NCBI RefSeq assembly: GCF_004010195.1
Contig: NC_057750.1
Coordinates: forward strand, 13,208,448 to 13,230,298
Source of the DNA: Chiloscyllium plagiosum
Taxonomy: Eukaryota
Direction: 5' to 3'
DNA length: 21,851 nucleotides
The stretch's first letter is position 1. Each line of letters starts with the position of its first letter. A program made the translations under genes and the position numbers. Under the pieces are notes generated by a model, which saw only the letters and a program-made list of their open reading frames with translations, did not search any database and was not told where the DNA came from. Shown here in pieces: positions 10,398 through 20,255 of the stretch.

Positions 10398-10711
10398 ACG
10401 TATACCCATCCAAATGCCTCTTAAATGTTGTAATTGTACCAGCCTCCATCACTTCCTCTGGCAGCTCATTCCATACACGCACCTGCGTGAAAAAGTTGCC
10501 CCGTAGGTCTCTTTTATATCTTTCCCCTCTCACCCTAAACCTATGCCTTCTAGTTCTGGGCTCCCTGACCCCAGGGAAAAGACTTTGCCTATTTACCCTA
10601 TCCATGCCCCTCATAATTTTGTAAACCTCTATAAGGTCACCCCTCAGCCTCCGACGCTCCAGGAAAAACAGCCCCAGCCTGTTCAGCCTCTCCCTATAGC
10701 TCAAATTCTCC
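10398..10711 (-). mobile_element. CR1 ORF2 C-terminal fragment lacking its 3' UTR
   Basis: LSYRERLNRLGLFFLERRRLRGDLIEVYKIMRG...WNELPEEVMEAGTITTFKRHLDGY. Confidence 0.93.
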
Positions 10712-11254
10712 TGGAAACATGAAGCATTGTGACATACTCCTGTCCATGTGAAAACATCACTTGGGTTCATTATTCTCCCCTCAGGTCAAACGCACTAAGG
10801 TGTGTGACTCACCAGAAACTGATCCTGACCTTCTCATTTCCAACTGTTTTCACAGTGCGGCCTAGAACTAGGCTTCTGGCCTGCAATCCTGGCAACCACA
10901 GAATAGCGCTGCTCAGTTTCTCTCTCTGGATATTTGATTTTTTGACTAGCCTGTTCCTTGTCCGTTAACTCGATGTTCAAAAGTGTGATTGTTTGAAATA
11001 ATTGATCCCACGGTCGCAGGAAACGCCTTGGCACTGTTGCTAAGCCTGATGGTATTACCCGATGATGTATTAGCTTCCCTCGGTCAGTGCTCCTTATATG
11101 TCTCTGTCAGTCCTAATGGAGCCTGTGGCCTCTACACGGACTCACAGCCTCACCCGAACTGGAGACAACACCTTCTTAAGGGGCTTTGAAACCTGAGCAA
11201 TAAGTGCCGGCCTTCTCAGTGCCACCCTGCAGCACGTATTTCAGTTGTCTGCCA

Positions 11255-11500
11255 TCACTAATTGCCCCTTGAGAAGGTGGGGGTGAGCTGCCTTCTTGAA
11301 CCACTGTCGTCCGTGTACTGTAGGTTGACCCATAATGCCCTGAGGGAGGGAATTCCAGGATTCTGACCCAGTGACACTGAAGTCAGGATGGTGAGTGGCC
11401 TCCAGGGGAACTTGGGGGGTTGGGGGAGAGGGAGGTGGGGTGTTCCCAGGTCTCTTGTGCCCTTGTCCTTCAAGATAGAAATTGCTATGGTTTAGGAAGA
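11255..11500 (-). mobile_element. LINE family B 3' fragment
   Basis: ttgccccttgagaaggtgggggtgagctgccttcttgaacc... matches 7570-7816. Confidence 0.85.
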
Positions 11501-11553
11501 TGAACCACTGTTATGTACATTTTAGTCCCTCCCTCCTTCCTGTTGGACGGAGA

Positions 11554-11903
11554 TGGGGGGGTGAGCTGCTTTCTTGAACCGCTGCAGTCCACGTGCTGTT
11601 AGGGAAGGAATTCCAGGATTTTGACCCGGCAACGGTGAGGGAACGGCGATATGTTTCCATGTTAGGATGGTGAGTGGCTTTGAGGGGAACTTGCAGGGGG
11701 GTTGGTGTTCCCATGTATCTGCTGCCCTTGTCCTTCTGGATGGAAGTAGTTGTGGGTGTGGAAGGTGCTGCCTGAGGATTGTTGATGAATTGCTGCAGAG
11801 CATCTTGTAGACGGTACACCCTGCTGTTACTGAGCGTCGGTGAGTCAATCTCCAAGGTGGTGGATGGGATGCCAAGCGAGCAGGCTGCTTTGTCCCCGAT
11901 GGT
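11554..11903 (-). mobile_element. LINE family B 3' fragment
   Basis: HRRSVTAGCTVYKMLCSNSSTILRQHLPHPQLLPSRRTRAADTWEH. Confidence 0.88.
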
Positions 11904-12297
11904 AGACTGGAAAAGGAAAGAATAGCGTTCAAAGTGGGTTTTTTTAAAATATTTCTCACCAGCTTGCTAACTTCACAAGTCAAGTCCCAAAATAAAACCA
12001 CAGCTGCTGTTGTGACCAACAGAGATGGAGAGAGTTTAATTAGTCCACTGAGTTAGGGACTAACTTCCTGATTTGCAAACACTTTAACCACCAGGGCCCT
12101 GGAGTCTTTGAGAACTAATTATGTTCATTATTTGATTTTTGTTAAGCATATGGGGTTGGAAATTTGTCTTGGTGAATAGACCACTTGGCATCATGTTCCT
12201 CAAGCCATCATACAGCTCCATTCAGAAATATTAAGCTCGTTTTCAATGGGGTTGGAGGAGCAGGGTGTGTGTCTCTGTGTGTTAGAAGATCGAACAT

Positions 12298-12598
12298 TAG
12301 TGGTTAGCACTGCTGCCTCACAGCGCCAGGGACCCGGGTTCAATTCCCGCCTCAGGCGACTCTCTGTGTGGAGTTTGCACATTCTCCCCGTGTCTGCGTG
12401 GGTTTCCTCCGAGTGCTCCGGTTTCCTCCCACAGTCCAAAAGATGTGCAGGTTAGGTGAATTGGCCATGCTAAGTTGACCGTAGTGTTAAGTAAAGGGGT
12501 AAATGTAGGGGAATGGGTCTGGGTGGGTTGTGCTTCGGAGGGTCGGTGTGGACTTGTTGGGCCGAAGGGCCTGTTTCCGCATTGTAAGTAATCTAATT
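12298..12598 (+). mobile_element. tRNA-derived V-SINE (HE1-like)
   Basis: tRNA-like head agtggttagcactgctgcctcacagc, B box gggttcaattccc, V-domain tgtgtggagtttgcacattctccccgtgtctgcgtgggtttcctcc, and CR1-like tail gggccgaagggcctgtttcc. Confidence 0.93.
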
Positions 12599-13427
12599 AC
12601 AGAGCAGTACAAGTCATTCGGCCCTCGATGTTACACCGAGCTGTGAAACCATTCTGAAGCCCATCTATCCTACACTATTCCATTCTCGTCCATTATGTTT
12701 CTCCAATGACCATTTAAATGCCCTTAAAGTTGGTGAGCTAAGTTGCAGGCAGGGCATTCTCTGAGTAAAGAGCCTACCTCTGACATCTGTCCTATATCTA
12801 TCACCCCTCAATTTAAAGCTATGTCCCCTCATGCTAGCCATCACCATCAGAGGAAAAAGGCTCTCACTGTCCACCCTATCTAACCCTCTGATTATCTTAT
12901 ATGTCTCAATTAAGTCACCTTTCAACCTTCTTCTCTCTAACAAAAACAGCCTCAAGTCCCTCAGCCTTTCCTCATAAGACCTTCCTTCTATACCAGGCAA
13001 CATCCTGGTAAATCTCCTCTGAACCCTTTCCAAAGCTTCCACATCCTTCCTATAATGCGGTGGCCAGAACTGGAATCAATACTCCAAGTGCGGCCGCACC
13101 AGAATTTTGTACAGCTGCAGCATGACCTCATGGCCCCGAAACTCAAATTTCCTACCAATAAAGGCTAATACACTGTATCAACCTGGGTGGCAATTTTCAG
13201 GGATCTATATACAGGGACACCGAGATCTCCCTGCTCATCTACACCACCAAGAATCTTACTATTAGCCCAGTACTCTATATTCCTGTTGCTCCTTCCAAAG
13301 TGAATCACGTCACACTTTTCCGCATTAAACTCCATTTTCCACCTCTCAGCCCAGCTTATCCACATCCCTCTGTAACCTGCAACATCCTTCAGCACTGTCC
13401 ACAACTCCACGGACCTTAGTGTCACCC
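12599..13427 (-). mobile_element. CR1 LINE 3' fragment
   Basis: WAERWKMEFNAEKCDVIHFGRSN; ALERVQRRFTRMLPGIEGRSYEERLRDLRLFLLERRRLKGDLIETYK. Confidence 0.93.
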
Positions 13428-13502
13428 GTTGGAGAGGGGACAAATGTCCTTTGCCCCAGCTCAATCTTTACCTCATTCCACTTTTGTGTTTTCTTTGGAA
13501 AG

Positions 13503-13620
13503 CTCGGCCTGGACTCCCCCATGCGATGGTTCCCATCGACACTTCCAGGGCTTCGGTAGCGTCAGAGATAAAATCCTGGCCTTACATTCCCACTCTTTGC
13601 TGCGGGTACCTATCCACAAG
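13503..13620 (+). CDS. Candidate exon of an unidentified host gene (118 bp)
   Basis: Pyrimidine tract ccacttttgtgttttctttgga with AG at 13501-13502, donor AAG|GTGGGT at 13620/13621, six CpGs and two open frames. Confidence 0.45.
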
Positions 13621-13829
13621 GTGGGTTCGGCTGCTTTGAGAGACTGTGGGGGGGAGGTGTGTGTGTGTGTGACCATACCACCGTGTTGTAAATTCTGCAT
13701 CCCTTGAGTGTATAAATCACGATGTCGTTGTGAATAAAGTAGCCAGTATGAAATGGGATGAGAGTAGACACTACGCTCCCTTTCATTACTACATTTGTGA
13801 GCACATGACTGTATGAACCAGGGTGTGTG

Positions 13830-13890
13830 GCATCTGTTGGTGTCACTATCTCTGGGCCAGGAGTTCTGAGTTCAACTCCCAGCTGCCCCT
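13830..13890 (+). mobile_element. Decayed tRNA-derived SINE head
   Basis: B-box-like gagttcaactccc preceded by gtgtcactatctctgggccagga; resembles 15438-15510. Confidence 0.4.
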
Positions 13891-13892
13891 GG

Positions 13893-14032
13893 TACAGATA
13901 CGTGATTAGGAAGGGAATAGAGGGATACGGACCCTGTCAGCGAAGATAGTTTTCAGATGGAAGGGCAGAATGTGTCAGCACAGGTTTAGAGGGCCGAAGG
14001 GCTTGTTCCATTGCTTTATTGTTCTTTGCTCT
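13893..14032 (+). mobile_element. CR1 3' UTR fragment
   Basis: gaatagagggatacgg...gagggccgaagggcttgttcc...ttgttctttg tail. Confidence 0.8.
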
Positions 14033-14069
14033 CAAAACACCTTCAAGCAGGTTCATTAGTGAAATAATC

Positions 14070-14626
14070 TATTGGTGAGGCCACTTTTGGAATATTGCAT
14101 TCAATTCTGGTCTTCCTGCTGGAGGAAGGATGTTGTGAAACTGGGTGCAGAAAAGATTTACAAGGATGTTGCCAGGGTTGGAGGATTTGAGCTACAGGGA
14201 GAGGCTGAATAGGCTGGGGCTGTTTTCCCTGGAGCGTCAGAGGGTGAGGGGTGACCTTATAGAGGTTTATAAAATCAAGAGGGGCATGGATAGGGTAAAT
14301 AGACAAGATCCTTTCCCTGGGGTGGGGGAGTCCAGAACTAGAGGGCATAGGTTTAGGGTGAGAGGGGAAAGATATAAAAGGGACCCAAGGGGCAACTGTT
14401 TCACCCAGAGGGTGGTTTGTGTATGCGGAACAAGCTGCCAGAGGAAGTGGTGGAGGCTGGTACAATTATAGCTTTTGAAAGGTATCTGGATGGGTGTATG
14501 AATAGAAAGAGATATGGGCCGGGTGCTGGCAAATGGGACTAGATTGGGTTGGGATATCTGGTTCGGCATGGACAGGTTGGACCGAAGGGTCTGTTTCTGT
14601 GACGTGCATCTCTGTGACTGTAGGAC
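14070..14626 (+). mobile_element. CR1/HER1 LINE 3' fragment
   Basis: VQKRFTRMLPGLEDLSYRERLNRLGLFSLERQRVRGDLIEVYK plus the 3' UTR tail. Confidence 0.93.
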
Positions 14627-14818
14627 TAATTCTTTCCTGAGAGAGAGCTGGACTGGGAAAGAGGAATAATAGACTGTAATTATCCTGCACACAACGTTGC
14701 AAATAAACCTTACAGAAGACGGGTTAGTACTTGTTTAATTGTTTAATTCACATTAACCTTGTACCCCAGGTTCCAGGAGGGTTCACTGCATACTGACTAA
14801 GGAGAGAGTAGCTACAGT

Positions 14819-14893
14819 GGGAATTAGGCTCATTGTGGGAATCACTTCATTGGGAGTTAGGCTCATTGAGGGAATCACTTCATTGGGAGTTAG
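14819..14893. repeat. 33-bp tandem duplication (~2.3 copies)
   Basis: ttaggctcattg(t/a)gggaatcacttcattgggag at 14824 and 14857. Confidence 0.9.
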
Positions 14894-14943
14894 CTACAAG
14901 AGGGACTTTACTCTTTAATATATTTGGTCTGTCATTCCCTTGC

Positions 14944-15290
14944 GATGGCACGGTGGCCCAGTGGTTAACACCACTGCCTCACAGAGCCAGGATCCTGGGT
15001 TCGATTCCCGTGTGGAGTTTGCACACTCTCCCTGCGTCTGTGTGGCTTCCCTTCGGGTGCTCCGGTTTCCTCCCACTGTCCAAAGATATGCGGGTTGGGG
15101 TAGATTGCCCCATGGGAAATTGCCCGTCGTGTCCAGAGATGTGCAGGCTGGGTGGGTAAACCATGGGAAATGTACAGTCATGGGAATGGAGTGGGTTAGG
15201 ACAAGTCTGGGTGGGATGCTCTTTGGAGGGTTGGTGTGGACTCGATGGACCGAGTGGCCTCCTTCCACCCTGTAGGGATCCTATGACTCT
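14944..15290 (+). mobile_element. tRNA-derived V-SINE (HE1-like)
   Basis: A box region ggcacggtggcccagtggtta, B box gggttcgattccc, V-domain and CR1-like tail. Confidence 0.92.
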
Positions 15291-15437
15291 GATAAAGTGT
15301 GAGATAAGGCAGGAGCGAGCAAGCAAGCTGCCTATCCTGGGGAACCAAGATTTGGGATTAATGTGATGGTGGAGCTAAGAAAGGACACAGTGCAAGCAGG
15401 AATAATCCATCAGGCACTCAGCAATACTCAAGGAGGT

Positions 15438-15510
15438 CTTGCAGTGCATGGGGTAGTGTCCCTGCCTCATGACCAAGAAGCTCTAGGTTCAAGTCTGTCC
15501 TCAGACTGAA
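15438..15510 (+). mobile_element. Decayed tRNA-derived SINE head (second family)
   Basis: gtgcatggggtagtgtccctgcctc...aggttcaagtc has A/B-box-like spacing. Confidence 0.45.
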
Positions 15511-15574
15511 AGGAGCTCAGCTCAGTTGCGACAGTCCCATACACGTTGCCGTTCATATTCCAATTTCTCCCCAT

Positions 15575-15640
15575 CACAAAGAACAGACAGAGAACATGAG
15601 AAAGAAGGATCGATGAGGCCATTCAGTCCCTCAAGCCCAT
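15575..15640 (-). mobile_element. CR1 3' tail remnant
   Basis: Reverse complement gggcttgagggactgaatggcctc resembles 1039-1060. Confidence 0.6.
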
Positions 15641-15651
15641 TGGATTGACCC

Positions 15652-16326
15652 TGAATCCACTCCCTCCCCCACCGATGCACAGCAGCAACAGGGTGTACCG
15701 TCTCCAAGAGGTGCTGCAGAAACTCACCGAAGCTCCTCAGACAGCACCTTCCAAACCCAAGACCACTTGCCATCTAGAAGGACAAGGGCAGCAGGAACAT
15801 GGGAACACCACCCTCCTGCAAGTTCCCCTCTGAGCCATTCCCCATCCTGACTTGGCAATATACCAGCATTCTTTCAGTGTCGCTGGGTCAAAATCCTGGA
15901 ATTCCCTCCCTAACAGCACGTGGACTGCAACGGTTCAAGAAAACAGCTCACCCCCATCTCTTCATGGGGCAACTAGGGATTAGATTAGATTTCCTACAGT
16001 GTGGAAACAGGCCCTTCAACCCAACCAGTCCACACCGACCCTCTGAAGAGCAACCCACCCAGACCCATTTCCCCCTGACTAATGCACCTAGCACTATGGG
16101 GCAATTTCCCACGGCCAATTCATCTAACCTGCACATCTTTGCCTGTGGGAGGAAACCGGAGCACCACGCAGGCACGGGGAGAATGTGCAAACTCCACACA
16201 GACAGTCGTCCGAGGCTGGAATCGAACCTGGGACCCTGGTGCTGTGAGGTAGCGGTGCCACCGTGGATGAGAAATAAATGCTGGACCGCTGGCAATGCCC
16301 ACCATGTATCAGTGAATAAAACAAAA
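15652..16326 (+). mobile_element. LINE family B 3' fragment interrupted by a SINE (15981-16264)
   Basis: Family B sequence stops at ...gggcaactagggat (15980) and resumes ggatgagaaataaatgctgg...gcccacc at 16265. Confidence 0.88.
15981..16264 (-). mobile_element. tRNA-derived V-SINE (HE1-like), nested
   Basis: Reverse complement matches 12298-12598: B box aggttcgattcc, V-domain, and (atcta)n tail. Confidence 0.92.
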
Positions 16327-16354
16327 TTACGGCAAGACATCTTTAAAGATGTGT

Positions 16355-17027
16355 CACTCCCAACATCCTCGGGGTTACCATTGACCAGAAACTCAACTGG
16401 TCTTACCACATAAATGTAGGGGCTACAGGAGCAGGTCAGAGGCTGGGAATCCTGCAGCCAGTAACTCACCCCCTGACTCCCCAAAGCCTGTCCACCATCT
16501 ACAAGACACGAGTCAGGGGTGTGAGGGAATACTCCCCACTTGCCCCTGGATGGGGGCAGCTCCAACAACACTCAAGAAGCTCGACACCATCCAGGACAAA
16601 GCAGCCCCCCGCTTGGTTGGCACCACACCCACAAGCATCCCCTCCCTCCCCCACCGACGTTCAGTAGCAGCAGGGTGTACCATCTACAAGATGCACTGCA
16701 GCAACTCACCAAAGATCCTCAGGCAGCACCTTCCAAACCCACGACCACTTCCATCTGGAAGGACGAGGGCAGCAGATACACAGGAACACCACCCCCTGCA
16801 AGTTCCCCTCTGAACCGCGCACCATCCTGACTTGGAAATACATCGCCATTTCCTTACTGTCGCTAGGTCAAAATCCTGGAATGCTCACCCCAAGTGCATT
16901 GTGGGTCAACCTTCATCACGTGGACTGCAGCTCACCCCCACCTTCTCAAGGGGCAACTAGGGACAGGTGTTAAATCCTGGGCCCAGCCAGCGATCCCCAC
17001 ATCCCACTAAATGAATAGAAAAAAAAT
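16355..17027 (+). mobile_element. LINE family B, RT C-terminus to 3' end
   Basis: NILGVTIDQKLNW..HIN...GQRLGIL; AAPTTLKKLDTIQDKAA...HRRSVAAGCTIYKMHC; ends aatgaat plus an A-run. Confidence 0.92.
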
Positions 17028-17282
17028 TGTGTTCTTTGCGTGAGTATTCTGAACATTGAATCTCATGCCTTTTTAAGAAAAAAACCTGCTTCCTGTTGTT
17101 CCAGCTGAAAGCAAATGATGTGACACTTCCTCATGTGTGTGATCTCTCTGTCACTTGCTGGGAACTGACAACTGTCCAGATCTCTTTCCAACGTCTCCTC
17201 ACAACCCACACTCCCAACCCACTTCATATAATCAGCAAACTGACATAAACTAGTGTCTGTCTCTGCGTCTGAGTGGACTTTG

Positions 17283-17450
17283 CTGGGGCCTCAGCACTGG
17301 TCGCATTCCATTGGTCACAAGCTAATGATCTGAAAATGGCCGATTTGGTCCTCTTTTGTGCAACTGGCGGACTAACCAATCCGCTTTCCAAACCACCCTC
17401 AACTCCATGAGCCCTTATCTTGTGCATTGACCAACTGTGTGAAGGCTTGC
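17283..17450 (-). mobile_element. Decayed CR1 RT fragment
   Basis: KPSHSWSMHKIRAHGVEG corresponds to KVPH.RL..KIRAHG; an SVL.PQ remnant lies near 17283-17300. Confidence 0.65.
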
Positions 17451-17985
17451 CTGGAGTGTTGTGCACAGTTCGAGTCTCCTTACCTGAGGGAGGATGTTCC
17501 GACAGTGGAGGGAGATCCGCAAAGGGTGACCAGACTGAATCCTGGGACGGCAACGCTGACGTGTGAGGAGAGACTGGATCGCTTACGATTATGTTGACTG
17601 GACCTCAAAAGAATGATGGGGGTGAATCTCACAGAAACTTATATCATTCTTGCACAGAACCATGCAGGATGAATGTGGGAAGAGCATTCCTGATGAGTGG
17701 GGGAATCCAAAACCAGGGGTCACTGTCTGAGGAGACAGGGTGGGACTAACATGAGGAGAAATGTCTTCACCCAGAGAGTGGGGAGCCTGTGGAATTCTCT
17801 GCCATAGAAAGTGGTTGAGGCCAAAGCATTGAATGTAGAAGGAGTTAGATATAGTTCTGAGGGCGAAAGGGATCAAAGGGTATGGGAGAGGAAGCGGGAA
17901 CAGGGGACTCAGCCATGATCCGATTGATGGTGGAGCAGGCTGGAAGGGCCGAATGGCCTACTAGTGTTCCTCTATTTCTATGTGT
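17451..17985 (+). mobile_element. CR1 LINE 3' fragment
   Basis: Collinear with 535-1086, ending ggaagggccgaatggcctact...cctctatttctatg. Confidence 0.9.
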
Positions 17986-18491
17986 GATACCTTATCAAAT
18001 ATCTTTCGGAAACCCAAATACTATATCTACTACCTCCCCTTTATCTACCCTATCTGCTATATCCCCCAAAACTCTAATAAATGTGCCAAATAAGATTTCA
18101 TAATTTTTTTTTTCTTAAGATCATGTTGACGTGTTCTGATCATAATTTGCTTTCCCAAATGTTAAGAGTTCCTCAGGAACAGATTGCAGCCCTTCCCAGT
18201 GACCAGCTTGGCTCACTGTTTCCTCTCTCCCTCCTGAATTGAACAGCAGTGTTACATTGGCATATGTCCAGTCTCTTAGGATCATTACATAATCTAGAGA
18301 ATGTTCAAGTTGTAACTCCCACATCCCCTATCTCTATATTCATTTATTTTACAACCCTGGTGTGGAGTCTCTCTGGGGTTCGGATCGATTTTAGTTTTGT
18401 GTTTCTACAGTACCTTTCTTTCCCCACTCTTATTAGTCCCTTGTTTACACTCTCTTTCTGTTATATAAATTGTGCCCTTGACTGTGGAAAA

Positions 18492-18693
18492 TCTAGATTA
18501 GAGTGGTGCTGGAAAAGCACTGCAGTTCAGGCAGCATCCAAGGAGCAGGAAAATCGACGTTTCGGGCAAAAGCCCTTTGTCAGGAATACCATCGATTTTC
18601 CTGCTCCTTGGATACTGCCTGAACTGCTGTGCTTTTCCAGCACCACTCTAATCTAGAATCTGGTTTCCAGCATCTGCAGTCCTTGTTTTTACC
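18492..18693. mobile_element. Penelope-like family P1 terminal remnant forming a 66-bp inverted repeat
   Basis: Arms 18492-18557 and 18592-18657 are 64/66 complementary. The 34-bp spacer holds a hammerhead-like core. Confidence 0.8.
18554..18585 (-). ncRNA. Decayed minimal hammerhead ribozyme motif
   Basis: Minus strand reads tc CTGACAA a GGGC tttt GCCC GAAA cg TC ga. Stem II and GAAA are perfect and stem III is the palindrome ACGT, but CUGANGA is changed to CUGACAA. Confidence 0.6.
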
Positions 18694-19213
18694 TAAAAAG
18701 GACACAATGTTTATTCAATACCTCTGGCATTTCCTCATTCCCTATGTTACCTTCTTCTTCATTTACTTTAGCTACTCTCCTCCTTTTCATTTACTTCTTA
18801 TGATCTGTTTTTACCTTCCCAGCTACCTTACTCTTGCATTTCCTTATAACTTCTGGATGTCCCTCGCCTGGGTTCTTAGATTCTCCCAATCTTCAGACTC
18901 ACAAATATTTTTTACAACTTCATAAGCCTCTGGATTAATTCAATGTTACCTGCAATCTCTCAAATAATCAACAAATCTTTCTCAGTGAGTTTTTCTTTCT
19001 GAATAACACTTAACATTTTTAATTATTTGTTCAAATGTTTCATGCTGTTTATTTGCCAGCATACCTTTTAATCTACTTAATCAATCTTAACCAAATCTCC
19101 CCTCGTGCCTACATAACGGATTTCTATCCATGTATATTCATTGCTTGTGATTGAAGTTTGTTGTTTTCAAATTTAATGTAAAATAAATCTATTAAGATCA
19201 CTATTTCCCAAGT

Positions 19214-19747
19214 GTTTGTTTTACTCATTCTTGGGATGTGGGTGTTGCTGGCTGTGTACACGACATACCTGGGCAATTTTCCGCATTGTCGGGTGGGTGC
19301 CAGTGTTGTCACTGTACTGGAACAGCTTGGCTTGGGGAGCAACAAGTTCTGCAGCACAAGTCTTCAGTACTATTGTCGGAATGGTGTCAGGGCCCATAGC
19401 CTTTGCAGTATCCAGGGTCTCCAACCGTTTCTTGATATCACGTGGAGTGAATCGGATTGGCTGAAGGCTGGGGACCACCGAAGGAGGCCGAGATGGATCA
19501 TTCACTTGACGCTTCTGGCTGGAGATTGCCGCGAAAGCTTCAGCCTTATCTTTGCACCGATGCGCTGGGCTCCTCCGTCACTGAGGAAGGGGGTATTTGT
19601 GGGGCCCCCTCCTCTAGTGAGTTGTTTAGTCGTCCACCATCGTTCATGACTGGGTGTGGCGGGACTGCAGAGCTTAGATCTGATCCGTTGATTGTGGGAT
19701 CGCTTAGCTCTGTCTGTCACTTGCTGCTGCGGCTGTTTGGCAGGCAT
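19214..19747 (-). mobile_element. LINE family B, internally deleted copy (linker/RT N-terminus fused to 3' tail)
   Basis: IRSKLCSPATPSHERWWTTKQL; RDIKKRLETLDTAKAMGPDTIPTIVLKTCAAEL...KIAQVCRVH is followed directly by the tail cagccagcaacacccacatcccaagaatgag. Confidence 0.88.
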
Positions 19748-19749
19748 TC

Positions 19750-19897
19750 TGGCATTCAAAAGGGTGGTTTATATGGATGGAAACTGTGAGCGGGGAAATG
19801 GAAAACAGACAAGAGGTTGGCTGTAGGGGCCGGAACCAATGCGGACATGATGGGCCAGATGGCCTCTTGCTGTACTGTAGCAATTCTGTCGTTCTGC
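19750..19897 (+). mobile_element. CR1 3' UTR fragment
   Basis: gcattcaaaaggg...gatgggccagatggcctcttgctgtactgtagcaattctg. Confidence 0.7.
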
Positions 19898-19939
19898 TGA
19901 TACCCGGCTGAACACAGTGCTTAGGACCCTACCCTATAT

Positions 19940-20255
19940 ACCAGACTGAGGGGATTAGACTGGGAATGCCAGCCTGTTGGTACAAGCCTGGGATGCACCT
20001 TAGTGGGATACAGGCCTGGGAATTGGAGTCTGAGAGTACCAGTCTGTGGGAACAGGTCTGGGAAAACGAGTCAATGGATATACTGGGAGTACTGGTCAGT
20101 GGGACTAGACTAGGAATCCCGATCATTGGGACTAGACTGGGAGTACTGGTCAGTGGGACTAGACTGGGAATCCCGATCATTGGGACTAGACTGGGAATAC
20201 TGATCAGTGAGTGTTAGACTGAGAGTACCCGTCAGTGGGACTAGTTAGGGAATAT
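19940..20255. repeat. Degenerate 27-bp tandem repeat (ACTGGTCAGTGGGACTAGACTGGGAGT) with a 54-bp dimer
   Basis: Alternating gtactggtcagtggg / atcccgatcattggg units at ~20083-20200; more decayed to the left. Confidence 0.85.

Larger units (their letters stand above)
18000..19213 (-). mobile_element. Ancient CR1 ORF2 fragment (end of endonuclease to start of RT), interrupted at 18492-18693
   Basis: Minus strand HLGNSD(L)N at ~19190-19213 matches the APE SDH motif region. DWTYANVTLLFNSGGRE at ~18225-18275 matches the RT N-terminal DW..ANVTPLFKKG motif. Confidence 0.7.

Noticed and set aside
11115..11230. Possible very decayed + strand family B tail
   Set aside because: Only patchy similarity (caccttcttaagggg, gcaataagtgccggcc); too weak to annotate without alignment.
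12298..12360. tRNA gene
   Set aside because: The tRNA-like A/B boxes continue into V-SINE body and tail, so this is a SINE head (likewise at 14944 and 16264).
15799..16571. ~205-aa ORFs on both strands
   Set aside because: They run across LINE/SINE junctions and are chance read-through of repeat sequence.
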